From contig CALHIP010000026.1 of assembly GCA_938030745.1 (NCBI GenBank), positions 16,404 through 80,403 of the forward strand: a stretch of 64,000 bases of DNA. Direction: 5' to 3'. Positions within the stretch are counted from its first letter, which is position 1; every line of letters starts with the position of its first letter. Below, piece after piece: positions 1 through 9,323 of this stretch. The DNA is from an uncultured Patescibacteria group bacterium (GTDB taxonomy: Bacteria > Patescibacteriota > Patescibacteriia > UBA2591 > CALHIP01). The position numbers and the translations under genes are program-made. Under the pieces are notes generated by a model. The model saw only the letters and a list, made by a program, of their open reading frames with translations. It was not told where the DNA came from and made no database searches.

Positions 1-1
1 T

Positions 2-727
2 AAAAAGACAAAAGAAAAAAAAGCAAAAATTTTTGTCATCTGTGGTGGTGGACAATTACATGAATTGGTAAAAAAATATAACTTCCCTTTCTATCAATTT
101 CAAGGTAAAGGTCCTTCAAGAGCAAATTTTGGTTATTTATTCTCCGCTCTTTTAATTTTATTATTAAAATTGAAATTAACAAAAATTAAAGAAAAAGATT
201 TTATTTCATTGATCAAATTGTTGGAGGAATTTAACAAATTGATTGAGCCGGAAACAACTCTTGAGAAAAATGTAGCAAAATATCTTGCTTATCAAATTTT
301 TGACCACATCCCTTTTATTATTGGAGCGGAGCATCTAAAGGCAGTTGCTTTTCGTTGGAAAAAAGAAATAAATGAAAATGCTAAAACTTTTGCCTTTGCA
401 GAAGAAATGCCAGAATTTTTCCATAACAGTATTGTTGGTTTAGATTTTCCATGGCGAATAAGAGATGATATTTTCTTTTTATTTTTAGAAAGTGAACTTT
501 ATGATAAAAAAATTAAAAAATCATTAGAAATTTTTAAAAATATTTTAAAAAAAGAAAATTTATATTTTGAGACTATCCCAGCTCTTGGCAAAGATAGATT
601 AGATCAAACATTAACTACTCTTCTTTTAGGTGATTGGTTAAGTTTTTATTTAGCGATTTTAAATAAAGTTGATCCAACACCAGTTGAAAATATTGAAATA
701 ATTAAAAGAAAACTAAGAGAAAAATGA
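2..727 (+). CDS. 5'-truncated SIS-domain protein, probably bifunctional phosphoglucose/phosphomannose isomerase (PGI/PMI) C-terminal part
   Basis: Frame 2 is open from the window edge (…IFVICGGGQLHELV…) into the listed ORF 65..727. The motif RWKKEINENAKTFAFAEEMPEFFHNSIVG resembles the conserved RWK-x-QLNENAK…PE-x-NHNEIVG block I recall from archaeal-type PGI/PMI. This is memory-based, not a database hit. Confidence 0.5.
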   Translation, partial: KKTKEKKAKIFVICGGGQLHELVKKYNFPFYQFQGKGPSRANFGYLFSALLILLLKLKLTKIKEKDFISLIKLLEEFNKLIEPETTLEKNVAKYLAYQIFDHIPFIIGAEHLKAVAFRWKKEINENAKTFAFAEEMPEFFHNSIVGLDFPWRIRDDIFFLFLESELYDKKIKKSLEIFKNILKKENLYFETIPALGKDRLDQTLTTLLLGDWLSFYLAILNKVDPTPVENIEIIKRKLREK

Positions 728-2367
728 ACTATATTTTTAAAAGTGGTCTTTTTGGATATTTTTCTATTTTTCTGATTTCTTTTCTCTTTTTCTCTTCTCT
801 TCAATTAGCTAATAAAACATTCCTCTGTCCTGATTCTTTTTACCATGCAAAAATTGCTTCATTTTTATCTAATGGCAAATTAATCAGAAATTTTCCTTGG
901 TTACCTTATACAATTTTAGCTGAAAACTATTCTGATCATCATTTTTTATACCACATTTTACTTATCCCATTTGTCAAACTTTTTGGTGATCAAACTGGCA
1001 TAAAAGTTGCAACTTTATTTTTTGCTACTTTTTCAATTTTTATTTTTTATTGGCTTTTAAGAAAATTTAAAATAAAAGCTGCTTTTGTCTGGACATTTCT
1101 CCTTTTAACTAGTTCAGTTTTTTTAACTAGACTAAATTTAGCTAAGGTTCCGCCAGCTGCCTTATCAGTCCTTTTTTTAGGACTTTATGCTTTATTTAAA
1201 AGAAAATATCTTTTGCTTGGAATAATTTCTTTTGTTTATGTTTGGCTTTACAATACCTGGCCAATTTTATTTGTTGCAACAATTCTTTATTGTTTCGCTA
1301 ACGCTTTTAAAAAAATAATTGATAAGTGGCAGATAATATTTCAAAATTTAAAAAGTTTTAAATTTAGGATTTTAATTTTAGGATTTAAAATTTTCTTTAA
1401 AAATTTTTTTGCTAAAGAAAATTTAGGATTAATCATTTCTTGTTTATTTGGTATTGTTTGTGGTTTAGTCATTAATCCTTATTTTCCTTCAAATCTTTAT
1501 TTTAATTGGGTTCATATTGTCAAAATTGGTTTAAAAAATTATCAAAATATTTTGTCAGTTGGTGCTGAATGGTATCCTTTTGAACCAACCAATCTTATTT
1601 TAAATAATCTCTTTATTTTTGCTGTTTGGTTTATTGCTATTGGCTGGTTTTTTGTCAGTTTTAAAAAATCTTCTTTGTTATTTTCTGGCCAGAAAGCAAA
1701 AACACTTTCTCTTTTTATTTTCTCTTCACTTTTTTTAATTTTTACTATTAAATCAAGAAGAAATGTTGAATATTTTGTTCCCTTAGCCATCCTTTTTTCT
1801 TCTTTTTCACTTAATCGTCTTTTTTCAAATTTTCCTTGGAAAGAGTACTTTTCTCAGTTTAAAGTCAAAGAATTTCCTTATAATTTAATGAGCTTCATTC
1901 TTGGTTTTTTTCTTTTAGTGATTTTTGTTTTCTGTAGCTTTTCTTTTTTTGAAAAAGTTTGGGCAGAAAAAATAAAAGAATTTGCTTCTGGAGCAAGTTT
2001 TGACCAGTTTAAAAAAGTTTCAGAATTCTTAAAAGAAAATACCCAAAAAGGTGAGATAATTTTCCATTCTTCTTGGGACGAATTTCCTCCTCTTTTTTAT
2101 CACAATGATAAAAACTATTATATTGCCGGTCTTGATCCAACTTTTATGTATGAAAAAAATAAGGCTCTTTATTGGATCTGGTTTAATATTGTCAGTGGTA
2201 AACAAAAAAATAATTTAAGTAAAACAATTAAAGAAAATTTTAATGCTCGATATGTTTTTGTTCAGGCAAATCGTCAAAAAATGAAAGAAAATCTTGATCA
2301 GGATAAAGATTTTGAGAAAGTTTACGAAGATAAAGAAGGCTATGTTTACAAAATTAAAAATTTTTAA
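724..2367 (+). CDS. Polytopic membrane glycosyltransferase, GT-C fold (PMT/ArnT/AglB-like)
   Basis: 547 aa with more than 10 predicted TM helices. An early loop contains a CPDSFYHAKIA (D-x-x-YH) motif. A soluble C-terminal domain is present. The start overlaps the upstream stop by 4 nt (ATGA). Confidence 0.55.
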   Translation: MNYIFKSGLFGYFSIFLISFLFFSSLQLANKTFLCPDSFYHAKIASFLSNGKLIRNFPWLPYTILAENYSDHHFLYHILLIPFVKLFGDQTGIKVATLFFATFSIFIFYWLLRKFKIKAAFVWTFLLLTSSVFLTRLNLAKVPPAALSVLFLGLYALFKRKYLLLGIISFVYVWLYNTWPILFVATILYCFANAFKKIIDKWQIIFQNLKSFKFRILILGFKIFFKNFFAKENLGLIISCLFGIVCGLVINPYFPSNLYFNWVHIVKIGLKNYQNILSVGAEWYPFEPTNLILNNLFIFAVWFIAIGWFFVSFKKSSLLFSGQKAKTLSLFIFSSLFLIFTIKSRRNVEYFVPLAILFSSFSLNRLFSNFPWKEYFSQFKVKEFPYNLMSFILGFFLLVIFVFCSFSFFEKVWAEKIKEFASGASFDQFKKVSEFLKENTQKGEIIFHSSWDEFPPLFYHNDKNYYIAGLDPTFMYEKNKALYWIWFNIVSGKQKNNLSKTIKENFNARYVFVQANRQKMKENLDQDKDFEKVYEDKEGYVYKIKNF

Positions 2368-4012
2368 TTTTAAAAAAATCAATCTTTTTGTCATTTTGTT
2401 TTTTACTCTCTTGACTATTTTTATTAGTTGGCCATTAGTCCTTAATCTTGATTCAGCTATTTTTGATTTTTTTATTTTTGATTCATTAAATATTATCTGG
2501 ACTATTAATTGGAATATCCATCAAATTTTTAAAGATCCATTTAATCTTTTCCAGGCAAACAATTTTTATCCAGAAAAAAATGCTCTTGCCTATTCTGAAA
2601 ATCTATTAGGGATTAGTTTTTTAGTTTTACCAATCGTTAAAATTTTTAATAATCCTGTTTTGGCTTATAATTTTTCTCTTTTTTTATCCTTTATTCTTTC
2701 TGGTTATGGAATGTTTTTATTAGTTTATCATTTAACAAAAAATTATTCTGCTTCAATTTTGGCAAGTTTAACTTATACTTTTGCTCCTTTTAAAATCTTA
2801 AGAATGCTTATTCATTTAAATATTGTTTCTGGCCAATGGCTACCATTTGTTTTCTTATATCTTGAAAAATTTTTTGAGGAAAAAAACTTAAAAAATATAA
2901 TTTTATTTTCTTTATTTTTTATTCTTCAGAGTTTAACCTCCCTTCATTATTTTGTTTTTTTATTAGTTAGTGTTTTTGTTTTTTTTATAATCAAGATTTT
3001 TTTAAATCGTCAAATTTTAGATAAAGATTTTTTCAAAAAAATATTTATTTCATTTTTTTTAATTTTTATTTTCCTTCTGCCAATTTTTTTGCCATATTTT
3101 CAAATAAAAGAAGGATCGATAGGTAAGGCATGGGAAATTGCTTTTTATACCCCTTCTTTGAAAGATTATTTAAGAGTATGGTATCTTTTAGAAAAAAAAG
3201 AATTAATTAATAATTTAGAAAAATTTGTTTTTATTGGCTTTGTTCCTTTAATTTTATTAATTTTGTCTATTTTTATTTTTAAAAAAATTAAGAAAGAAAA
3301 TCTTATTATTTATGGAGTCATTGGATTAATTGGTTTTTTATTATCTTTAGGACCTTTAATTAAAATAAAGGAAGGTTATATTTTTGGTTTTTATTTACCT
3401 TTTCTATTTATTCCTGGTTTTAACCAGATCAGAGCGGTTAGCCGATTTTCAATTTTATTATTTTTTGGTTTAAGCATTATCTTTGGTTTAGCATTAGCTC
3501 ATCTTTTTAAAAAGGAAATTTTAAAAAAATTTTTATTTTTTTTCTTATCTATTTTATTTCTTTTTGAGATATTTTTTATCTCTTTAAATTTAGTAAAATT
3601 AATTAGGATTCCGGTTGGTAAAGAAATTCCTGAGGTTTATCAGTGGTTGAAAAAAGAAAAGGAAGATTTTGCCATTCTTGAATTACCAATTGCTTTTAAA
3701 GAACAACTTCCATATCTTTACGCTTTAGATATTAACTCTTTTTATCAATATTTTTCCATTTATCATTGGAAAAAATTGGTCAATGGCGATAGTAGTTATT
3801 ATCCTAATTCTTATTTAGAAAGAGTAAAAATCTTTTTAAATTTTCCCGATGAAAAGTCAATCAAATTGATAAAAGAATTAAAAATTAAATATATCATTCT
3901 TCATTATGATTTAATACCTGAAAAAGAAATGATGGAAAATAAAATCCATCAGTGGCCAGAATTATCTTTAAAAAATGTTTTTGGAAATGATTTTCTCTAT
4001 GAAGTTAAATGA
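2342..4012 (+). CDS. Polytopic membrane protein, putative GT-C glycosyltransferase (start uncertain, 2294 or 2342)
   Basis: About 12 hydrophobic helices followed by a roughly 130-aa hydrophilic C-terminus. It overlaps the 3' end of the previous gene. Confidence 0.45.
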   Translation: MFTKLKIFNFKKINLFVILFFTLLTIFISWPLVLNLDSAIFDFFIFDSLNIIWTINWNIHQIFKDPFNLFQANNFYPEKNALAYSENLLGISFLVLPIVKIFNNPVLAYNFSLFLSFILSGYGMFLLVYHLTKNYSASILASLTYTFAPFKILRMLIHLNIVSGQWLPFVFLYLEKFFEEKNLKNIILFSLFFILQSLTSLHYFVFLLVSVFVFFIIKIFLNRQILDKDFFKKIFISFFLIFIFLLPIFLPYFQIKEGSIGKAWEIAFYTPSLKDYLRVWYLLEKKELINNLEKFVFIGFVPLILLILSIFIFKKIKKENLIIYGVIGLIGFLLSLGPLIKIKEGYIFGFYLPFLFIPGFNQIRAVSRFSILLFFGLSIIFGLALAHLFKKEILKKFLFFFLSILFLFEIFFISLNLVKLIRIPVGKEIPEVYQWLKKEKEDFAILELPIAFKEQLPYLYALDINSFYQYFSIYHWKKLVNGDSSYYPNSYLERVKIFLNFPDEKSIKLIKELKIKYIILHYDLIPEKEMMENKIHQWPELSLKNVFGNDFLYEVK

Positions 4013-5636
4013 AATTGAAAAAATTATTCTAATTTTAATTATTATTTTGGCAGGTTTTTTAAGATTAGTTAGTTTAACTAAAGTTCCTTCTTCTTTTCAT
4101 CATGATGAACTTTTAAGTATTTATGAAGCCTATTCAATTTTTAAAACTGGTTCTGATCAATGGGGAAATTTTTTACCTTTAAGATTTAAAGCTTTTGGTG
4201 ACTGGCCACCGCCTTTATATTTTTATTTTAATGTTCCTTTTGTCTTAATTTTTGGTTTAGAAGAAATTACTGTTAGGTTACCATCTGCTTTTTTAGGAAT
4301 TTTAACAGTTTTTTTAACCTACCTTTTAGCTAAAGAAATCTTTAAAAATAAAACTATTGCCATTTTAGCGAGTTTTTTTCTTTCTATCTCTCCTTGGCAT
4401 CTTCAATATTCAAGGCTAGCTTGGCCAGCAATTATGGTTCCATTTTTAATTAGTTTAGGACTTTGGTTATTTTTTTCTGGTCTGAATAATCAAAAGAATT
4501 CCCGCATTTATTTTGCCATCTTTTTTATTTCTCTTTCTGCTTGGGTCTATACACCAGCTCAAGTCTTTGTTCCTCTGTTTCTTTTTGGTCTATTCATTTT
4601 TTATCATAAGAAGGTAGAAAAAAAAGTTATTTTTTATAGTTTTATCATTTCTTTAATTGTTCTTTTTCCTTTATATTTTTTGAGTTTAATTATTCATCCA
4701 GAATGGCAAACAAGATACAATCAGATCTCAATTTTTTCTTTAAATCAAACAGGATCAGTTAAGTTAGCTCTTTTTCTTTATAATTATCTTTCCCATATTA
4801 GCCCTTATTTTCTCTTTATTTATGGTGATAGTAATCTTAGACATAATCCTTTAGGAATTGGCCAGCTTCATTTTTTTGAAATGTTTCTTTTATTTTTTCT
4901 AATTATTTATATAATCACTCCTCAGATTTTTAGAAAACAAAAGTTTTCTCATTTGCCATTTCTTTTTTATTGGTTTTTTATTTTTCCTTTACCTTCTTCT
5001 TTAACAATTGAAAATATTCCTCATGCTACTCGAACAATTGTCGCTTTACCATTGGTCCATCTTTTTTCTTCTTTAGGTCTTTATCTAATTGTTTCCAATT
5101 TAAAAAATTTTAAATTTCTTTACCCTTTTACCTTGATGATTATTGTTATTATTATAGGCTTATCCTTTTCTTTATATTTATTAAATTATTATAAATTCTA
5201 TCCAATCTATTCTGCTTCTTGGTTTGGCTATGGAAATAAGGAGGTAGTAGAATATATTAAAGAAAATCTAAATAATTACGAAAGATTTGTCTTTTCTGGA
5301 ACAAGATACCATCCCTATCTTTATTTTGTTTTCTATTTTAAAATTGATCCGAAAGTTTTCCAAAAGACAGTTAAAACAGATAAAGATTTTGAAGAAAAAT
5401 ATAAAGTGGTGATTGTAAAAAGTTTTAATAATTTTGAATTTAAAGAATCTCTAAAAGAGGAAAAATTTTTACCAAAAACTCTTTATATAGAAAAAAGATA
5501 TCTTGAAACAGAAATAGAAACTGAAAAACAGAATTTGGGGGAAACTTTATTAGAAGAAATTCCTTTAGAAATAAAAAGAATTATTTATTTACCTAATGGG
5601 TTAGAAGCATATCGAATTTATGAATTTAAAAAATGA
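3975..5636 (+). CDS. GT39/GT83-family (ArnT/dolichyl-phosphate-mannose protein mannosyltransferase-like) membrane glycosyltransferase
   Basis: The N-terminal block ILAGFLRLVSLTKVPSSFHHDELLSIYEAYSIFKTGSDQWGNF…GDWPPPLYFY is typical of the PMT_2/ArnT family. It has a polytopic TM region plus a soluble C-terminal domain. Confidence 0.7.
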   Translation: MFLEMIFSMKLNEIEKIILILIIILAGFLRLVSLTKVPSSFHHDELLSIYEAYSIFKTGSDQWGNFLPLRFKAFGDWPPPLYFYFNVPFVLIFGLEEITVRLPSAFLGILTVFLTYLLAKEIFKNKTIAILASFFLSISPWHLQYSRLAWPAIMVPFLISLGLWLFFSGLNNQKNSRIYFAIFFISLSAWVYTPAQVFVPLFLFGLFIFYHKKVEKKVIFYSFIISLIVLFPLYFLSLIIHPEWQTRYNQISIFSLNQTGSVKLALFLYNYLSHISPYFLFIYGDSNLRHNPLGIGQLHFFEMFLLFFLIIYIITPQIFRKQKFSHLPFLFYWFFIFPLPSSLTIENIPHATRTIVALPLVHLFSSLGLYLIVSNLKNFKFLYPFTLMIIVIIIGLSFSLYLLNYYKFYPIYSASWFGYGNKEVVEYIKENLNNYERFVFSGTRYHPYLYFVFYFKIDPKVFQKTVKTDKDFEEKYKVVIVKSFNNFEFKESLKEEKFLPKTLYIEKRYLETEIETEKQNLGETLLEEIPLEIKRIIYLPNGLEAYRIYEFKK

Positions 5637-6316
5637 TCTCCCTTATCATTCCAACTTATAAAGAAAAAGAAAATATTGGTAAATTACTTTTTTTGATTTG
5701 TAAACTTAATCTTAAGGATTTTGAAGTAATTGTTGTTGATGATAATTCACCTGATAACACAGCTGAAGAAGTAGAAAAAAATGCTAAAAAATTGCCTTTG
5801 AAAATAAAATTGATTAAAAGAAAAGGTAAAAGGGATTTATCTCTTTCTGTTTTGGAAGGATTTAAAAAAGCAAAAGGAGAAATTTTAGGAGTAATGGACG
5901 CTGATTTTTCTCATCCACCAGAATTGATTCCAAAAATGATTAAAGAATTGGAAAATGTTGATTTAGTTATTGCCAGTCGAAAAATCTCTGGTGGAGAAAT
6001 CAAAAAATGGCCATTAAAAAGGAAAATTTTTTCAGGATTAGCAACTTTTCTGGCTAAAACCTTAGTTCCAAAAATCTCTGATCCTTTATCTGGTTTTTTC
6101 TTCTTTAAAAGAAAAATTATTAAAGAATTAAAACTTTCACCAATTGGTTATAAAATAGGCTTAGAAATTTTTGTTAAAGGAAAATATAAAAATTTTAAAG
6201 AGATACCATTTGTTTTTAAAGATAGAGAAATTGGAAAAAGTAAGTTAAATTTTAAAGTAATTTTAAAATTTCTTTTCCATATTTTAAAACTCTGGTTTTG
6301 GAAAATAAAAAAATGA
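5633..6316 (+). CDS. GT2 glycosyltransferase, polyprenol-phosphate mannose/glucose synthase (DPM1/GtrB-like)
   Basis: LIIPTYKEKENI…VIVVDDNSPDNT…LGVMDADFSHPPE are GT-A motifs including DxD. A C-terminal amphipathic/TM tail is present. Size 227 aa. Confidence 0.8.
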   Translation: MISLIIPTYKEKENIGKLLFLICKLNLKDFEVIVVDDNSPDNTAEEVEKNAKKLPLKIKLIKRKGKRDLSLSVLEGFKKAKGEILGVMDADFSHPPELIPKMIKELENVDLVIASRKISGGEIKKWPLKRKIFSGLATFLAKTLVPKISDPLSGFFFFKRKIIKELKLSPIGYKIGLEIFVKGKYKNFKEIPFVFKDREIGKSKLNFKVILKFLFHILKLWFWKIKK

Positions 6317-7512
6317 AAGAAATAAAAAAAATTTATTTTTTTCTTTTTCTAGTTATTGTTTTAATCAAATTTTTATTTTTACCTTTTTTTGGTGATTTTT
6401 ATGATTTATTTCTTCATAGTCAATGGGCAAATTTTTTAATTAAAAATCCAATCAATGAGATTTATTCAAAAACAAATTGTAATCTTCCGCCATTTTGGGT
6501 TTATATTTTATGGTTATTTTCTAAAATTCATTTTTTAATCACCAATAAAATAGTTTTTGTTTATTCAGAGGTCTTAAAAATTCCAGCTATTCTTTTTGAT
6601 ATTTTTACTGGCCTTTTGATTTTTTATTTTTTAATTAAAGAAAAAATTGAAGAAAAAAAAGTATTTTTAGCTAGCTTATTTTTCCTTTTAAATCCTTTTG
6701 TTTTTTATCTTTCTTCTTTTTGGGGCCAGCTAGATTCAATCTATGTTTTTTTTATTCTTCTTTCTTTTATTTTTCTTTATTATAAAAAAACAATTTTTGC
6801 CTCAATTTTTCTAGCCCTTTCTTTTTTAACTAAACTCCAAGGGATTATTTTTTTCCCTTTGTTTTTCTTTATTCTTTTTAAAAATTATCCTTTTAAAAAG
6901 ACAATTTTTTCTCTTTTAACTATTCTTCTTGTTATTTTTATTATTCTTTTACCTTTTCTTATTAAAGGATATTCACCAGTTTTTATTTTCCAAAAAACTT
7001 GGATAGCCTCTTGGCGGTTTGCAAATTTTCTTTCTTTAAATGCTTTTAATCTCTGGTGGATTCCTCAGATAATTTTTTCTTTTTTGGAACCTCCTTATAT
7101 TTATGACTACCTTCCTTTGTTTGGCTCAATAAATTTTAAAATGATTTCTTTGATTCTTTTTTCTCTTTTTTATTTGTTAATTATTTTAAATATTAGAAAA
7201 AACATTTTCTTTTTAGCTAGTTTAGTCTCTTTTTTGTTTTTTATGATACCAACAGCTATGCATGAAAGGTATATCTTTCCATTTTTTGCTTTCTTTTCAA
7301 TTTTTTGGCCAATAAAAAGAGGTTATTTAAAATATTATTTTTATCTTTCTTTAACTTCATTTTTAAATCTTTTAGCTGTTTTACCACCAACCTTTCTTTT
7401 CGAAGAAACTCAAAAAATTTTTTCTCTTTTTATTGGTCAATTAAGTATTCCCTTAACACTTATTAATATCTTTATTTTCTTTTATTTTTTCTTTATTCTT
7501 TTTAAAATATGA
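6298..7512 (+). CDS. Polytopic membrane protein, putative GT-C mannosyltransferase (DUF2029/GT87-like)
   Basis: 404 aa, almost entirely TM helices, within the GT cluster. Confidence 0.4.
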   Translation: MENKKMKEIKKIYFFLFLVIVLIKFLFLPFFGDFYDLFLHSQWANFLIKNPINEIYSKTNCNLPPFWVYILWLFSKIHFLITNKIVFVYSEVLKIPAILFDIFTGLLIFYFLIKEKIEEKKVFLASLFFLLNPFVFYLSSFWGQLDSIYVFFILLSFIFLYYKKTIFASIFLALSFLTKLQGIIFFPLFFFILFKNYPFKKTIFSLLTILLVIFIILLPFLIKGYSPVFIFQKTWIASWRFANFLSLNAFNLWWIPQIIFSFLEPPYIYDYLPLFGSINFKMISLILFSLFYLLIILNIRKNIFFLASLVSFLFFMIPTAMHERYIFPFFAFFSIFWPIKRGYLKYYFYLSLTSFLNLLAVLPPTFLFEETQKIFSLFIGQLSIPLTLINIFIFFYFFFILFKI

Positions 7513-7787
7513 GAAAAAATTTTTTAATTACTGGTGGAGCAATCAATAATTTAATCATTTCAATTCTTTTTGGTTTATCTTTAGTTAAAATTTTAGAAAT
7601 TATTAAAGAAATTTCTTTCCGCCCAAATTTATTAGAAATTTTACTTCTTCTTTTTTGTTCTTCTCAATTTTATAGCTATCTTCCTCGATTAGTTCAGAAA
7701 AAAATATATTCATGCATAACTCTTTTATTTATATTTCTAAATAGAAATTATGATAAAAATTCTTATTGTTTTACCAACTTACAATGA
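7509..7787 (+). CDS. Small membrane protein, possibly a truncated GtrA-family flippase-like protein
   Basis: MRKNFLITGGAINNLIISILFGL resembles the GtrA N-terminus. It sits immediately upstream of, and overlapping, a GtrB-like GT2 gene. It is short (92 aa), so it could be spurious. Confidence 0.3.
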   Translation: MRKNFLITGGAINNLIISILFGLSLVKILEIIKEISFRPNLLEILLLLFCSSQFYSYLPRLVQKKIYSCITLLFIFLNRNYDKNSYCFTNLQ

Positions 7788-8472
7788 AGAGAAGGTAGTT
7801 GAAGAAAATACATTAAAAGTTTTTGAATTTTGCCAGAAAAATCTAAAAGATTTTGATTGGCAGATTTTAATAGCTGATAATGGATCAATTGATAAAACAT
7901 TTAAAATTGCTGAAAGACTTTCAAAAAAATATCAAAAAATTTCATTTTTCCATATCCCTGAGAAAGGAAGGGGTTATGCTTTAAAAAAGGCATGGTCAGA
8001 ATATCAGGCTGATATTTATTCTTATATGGATATTGATCTTTCTTCTGATTTAAATTCTTTTCCTTTATTGATTAAGGCAATTACTGAAAATAATTATGAT
8101 TTAGCAATTGGCTCGCGTTTGAAAAAGGGAGCAAAAAAAAGGCGTTCTTTCTTAAGAGAAATTATGAGTCGAGTTTATAATCTTCTTTTAAAAATTTTAT
8201 TTAATCCATCATTTGAAGATGCCCAATGTGGTTTTAAGGCTATCTCAAAAAGAGTCGCCAAAGAAATTCTACCGAAAGTAAAAAATAATCATTGGTTTTT
8301 TGATACTGAACTTTTAATTTTAGCTGAAAAAGCAGGTTTTAAGATTAAAGAAATTCCAATTGAATGGATAGAAAAAAGAACAGTTAAAAGGAAAAGTACA
8401 GTTAAAATTTTTTCAACAATTTGGGAAGATATTAAAGGAATAATAGAATTAAAATTTCGGTTAAAGAAATAA
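7750..8472 (+). CDS. GT2 glycosyltransferase, dolichol/polyprenol-phosphate sugar synthase (GtrB/DPM1-like)
   Basis: ILIVLPTYNEE…LIADNGSIDKT…YMDIDLSSD (DxD)…QCGFKA are GT2 hallmarks. Confidence 0.8.
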   Translation: MIKILIVLPTYNEEKVVEENTLKVFEFCQKNLKDFDWQILIADNGSIDKTFKIAERLSKKYQKISFFHIPEKGRGYALKKAWSEYQADIYSYMDIDLSSDLNSFPLLIKAITENNYDLAIGSRLKKGAKKRRSFLREIMSRVYNLLLKILFNPSFEDAQCGFKAISKRVAKEILPKVKNNHWFFDTELLILAEKAGFKIKEIPIEWIEKRTVKRKSTVKIFSTIWEDIKGIIELKFRLKK

Positions 8473-8476
8473 TTAC

Positions 8477-8505
8477 TTGACAAAAATTTAAAAATTTGCT
8501 AAGAT
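8477..8505 (+). promoter_or_regulatory. Sigma70-type promoter: TTGACA (8477-8482), 17-nt spacer, TAAGAT (8500-8505). GGAGG RBS at 8525-8529.
   Basis: Read directly. The -35 is a perfect consensus at the right spacing. A Shine-Dalgarno lies 5 nt before the ATG at 8535. Confidence 0.6.
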
Positions 8506-8534
8506 AATTACTGAAATTCAAAAAGGAGGAAAAC

Positions 8535-9257
8535 ATGGCAAAAAAACAGAGAAATAACCAAAAAAATAAGGACAACCAAAAAAATAAAAAATTTCCTTGG
8601 TATGGAAGCTTAGCAATTGTTATTACTGCACTTATCGTTTTCCTTATTCTTGGACTAACAATTCTTAGTAAGATCTCAGTTACAAGAAAAGCAAAAGTCA
8701 CTGGTAATGAAGATGAGGTTACAGTAGAGATCCGGAATTTTTCTAATCATGATGAAGTGATGGAATTTCTTTTCAAAAAATTAGACAAGTATAAAGAAAA
8801 CGGGAAAATAAATAAACTTTTTGAAGAAATAAAAAATCTCTCTTATCAGATAGCACAGATAAGAGAACTTCTTAAGGAGAAAAAAGATGAGAATCAGAAA
8901 CTTCAAGCCCAACTGAAAAATCTTGAAAGACAACTTAGTTATAAAACAGATAAATTAATCCAGGAATTAAAAGATAAAAAAGAGCAAAAAGTTAAAGAAG
9001 AAGTTAAAAAAGAAGAACCTCTTAAAGTAATAATTTACAATAAAACTTCAAGAAACGCAGAAATCTCTGGACTTTTCAGATATCCTCGATTGAAAATAAA
9101 CGCCCACGAAAAGATAGTAGTCTATTTATCTCCTGGAGATTACATAATAGAAGTAACGATCGGAAGAAGAAAGGTGCAGACTAAACTTACTGTATCTAAA
9201 AACGAAATTTTTTATCTTGGAGAAGCTTGCTATGGGTATATTGAAATCGACGATTAA
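8535..9257 (+). CDS. Single-pass membrane protein with central coiled coil and C-terminal PEGA-like beta domain
   Basis: Basic N-terminus, one TM helix (LAIVITALIVFLILGLTIL), a heptad-rich segment (QLKNLERQLSYK…) and a C-terminus (SPGDYIIEVTIGRRKVQTKLTV) resembling PEGA domains. Confidence 0.5.
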   Translation: MAKKQRNNQKNKDNQKNKKFPWYGSLAIVITALIVFLILGLTILSKISVTRKAKVTGNEDEVTVEIRNFSNHDEVMEFLFKKLDKYKENGKINKLFEEIKNLSYQIAQIRELLKEKKDENQKLQAQLKNLERQLSYKTDKLIQELKDKKEQKVKEEVKKEEPLKVIIYNKTSRNAEISGLFRYPRLKINAHEKIVVYLSPGDYIIEVTIGRRKVQTKLTVSKNEIFYLGEACYGYIEIDD

Positions 9258-9279
9258 GTTTCATTGATTTTCAAAAAGG

Positions 9280-9315
9280 AAAGAGAGGGGTAAGATACCC
9301 CTCTCTTTAACTTTT
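9280..9315. terminator. Bidirectional rho-independent terminator: 13-bp perfect stem AAAGAGAGGGGTA/TACCCCTCTCTTT with 3-nt loop, T-runs on both strands
   Basis: Stem 9280-9292 / 9296-9308, followed by AACTTTTTATTTTTAT on the plus strand and preceded by CAAAAAGG on the plus strand (a T-run when read on the minus strand). It lies between convergent genes. Confidence 0.8.
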
Positions 9316-9323
9316 TATTTTTA

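Noticed and set aside
1542-1790. Antisense 82-aa ORF inside the first GT-C gene. The same applies to listed small antisense ORFs at 8289-8701, 11224-11433, 13033-13230, 15302-15556, 22121-22324, 23052-23348, 27437-28113, 30555-31619, 32543-32731, 33797-34743, 35016-35246, 38167-38386, 40192-40672, 41693-41893, 42583-42768, 47045-47281, 47754-47954, 48166-48381, 52651-53452, 58505-58708, 60646-60828 and 62758-62982.
   Set aside because: All are embedded antisense or out of frame within well-supported longer genes. They have low-complexity composition, no independent start or RBS context and no recognisable motifs. They are typical shadow ORFs in AT-rich DNA.
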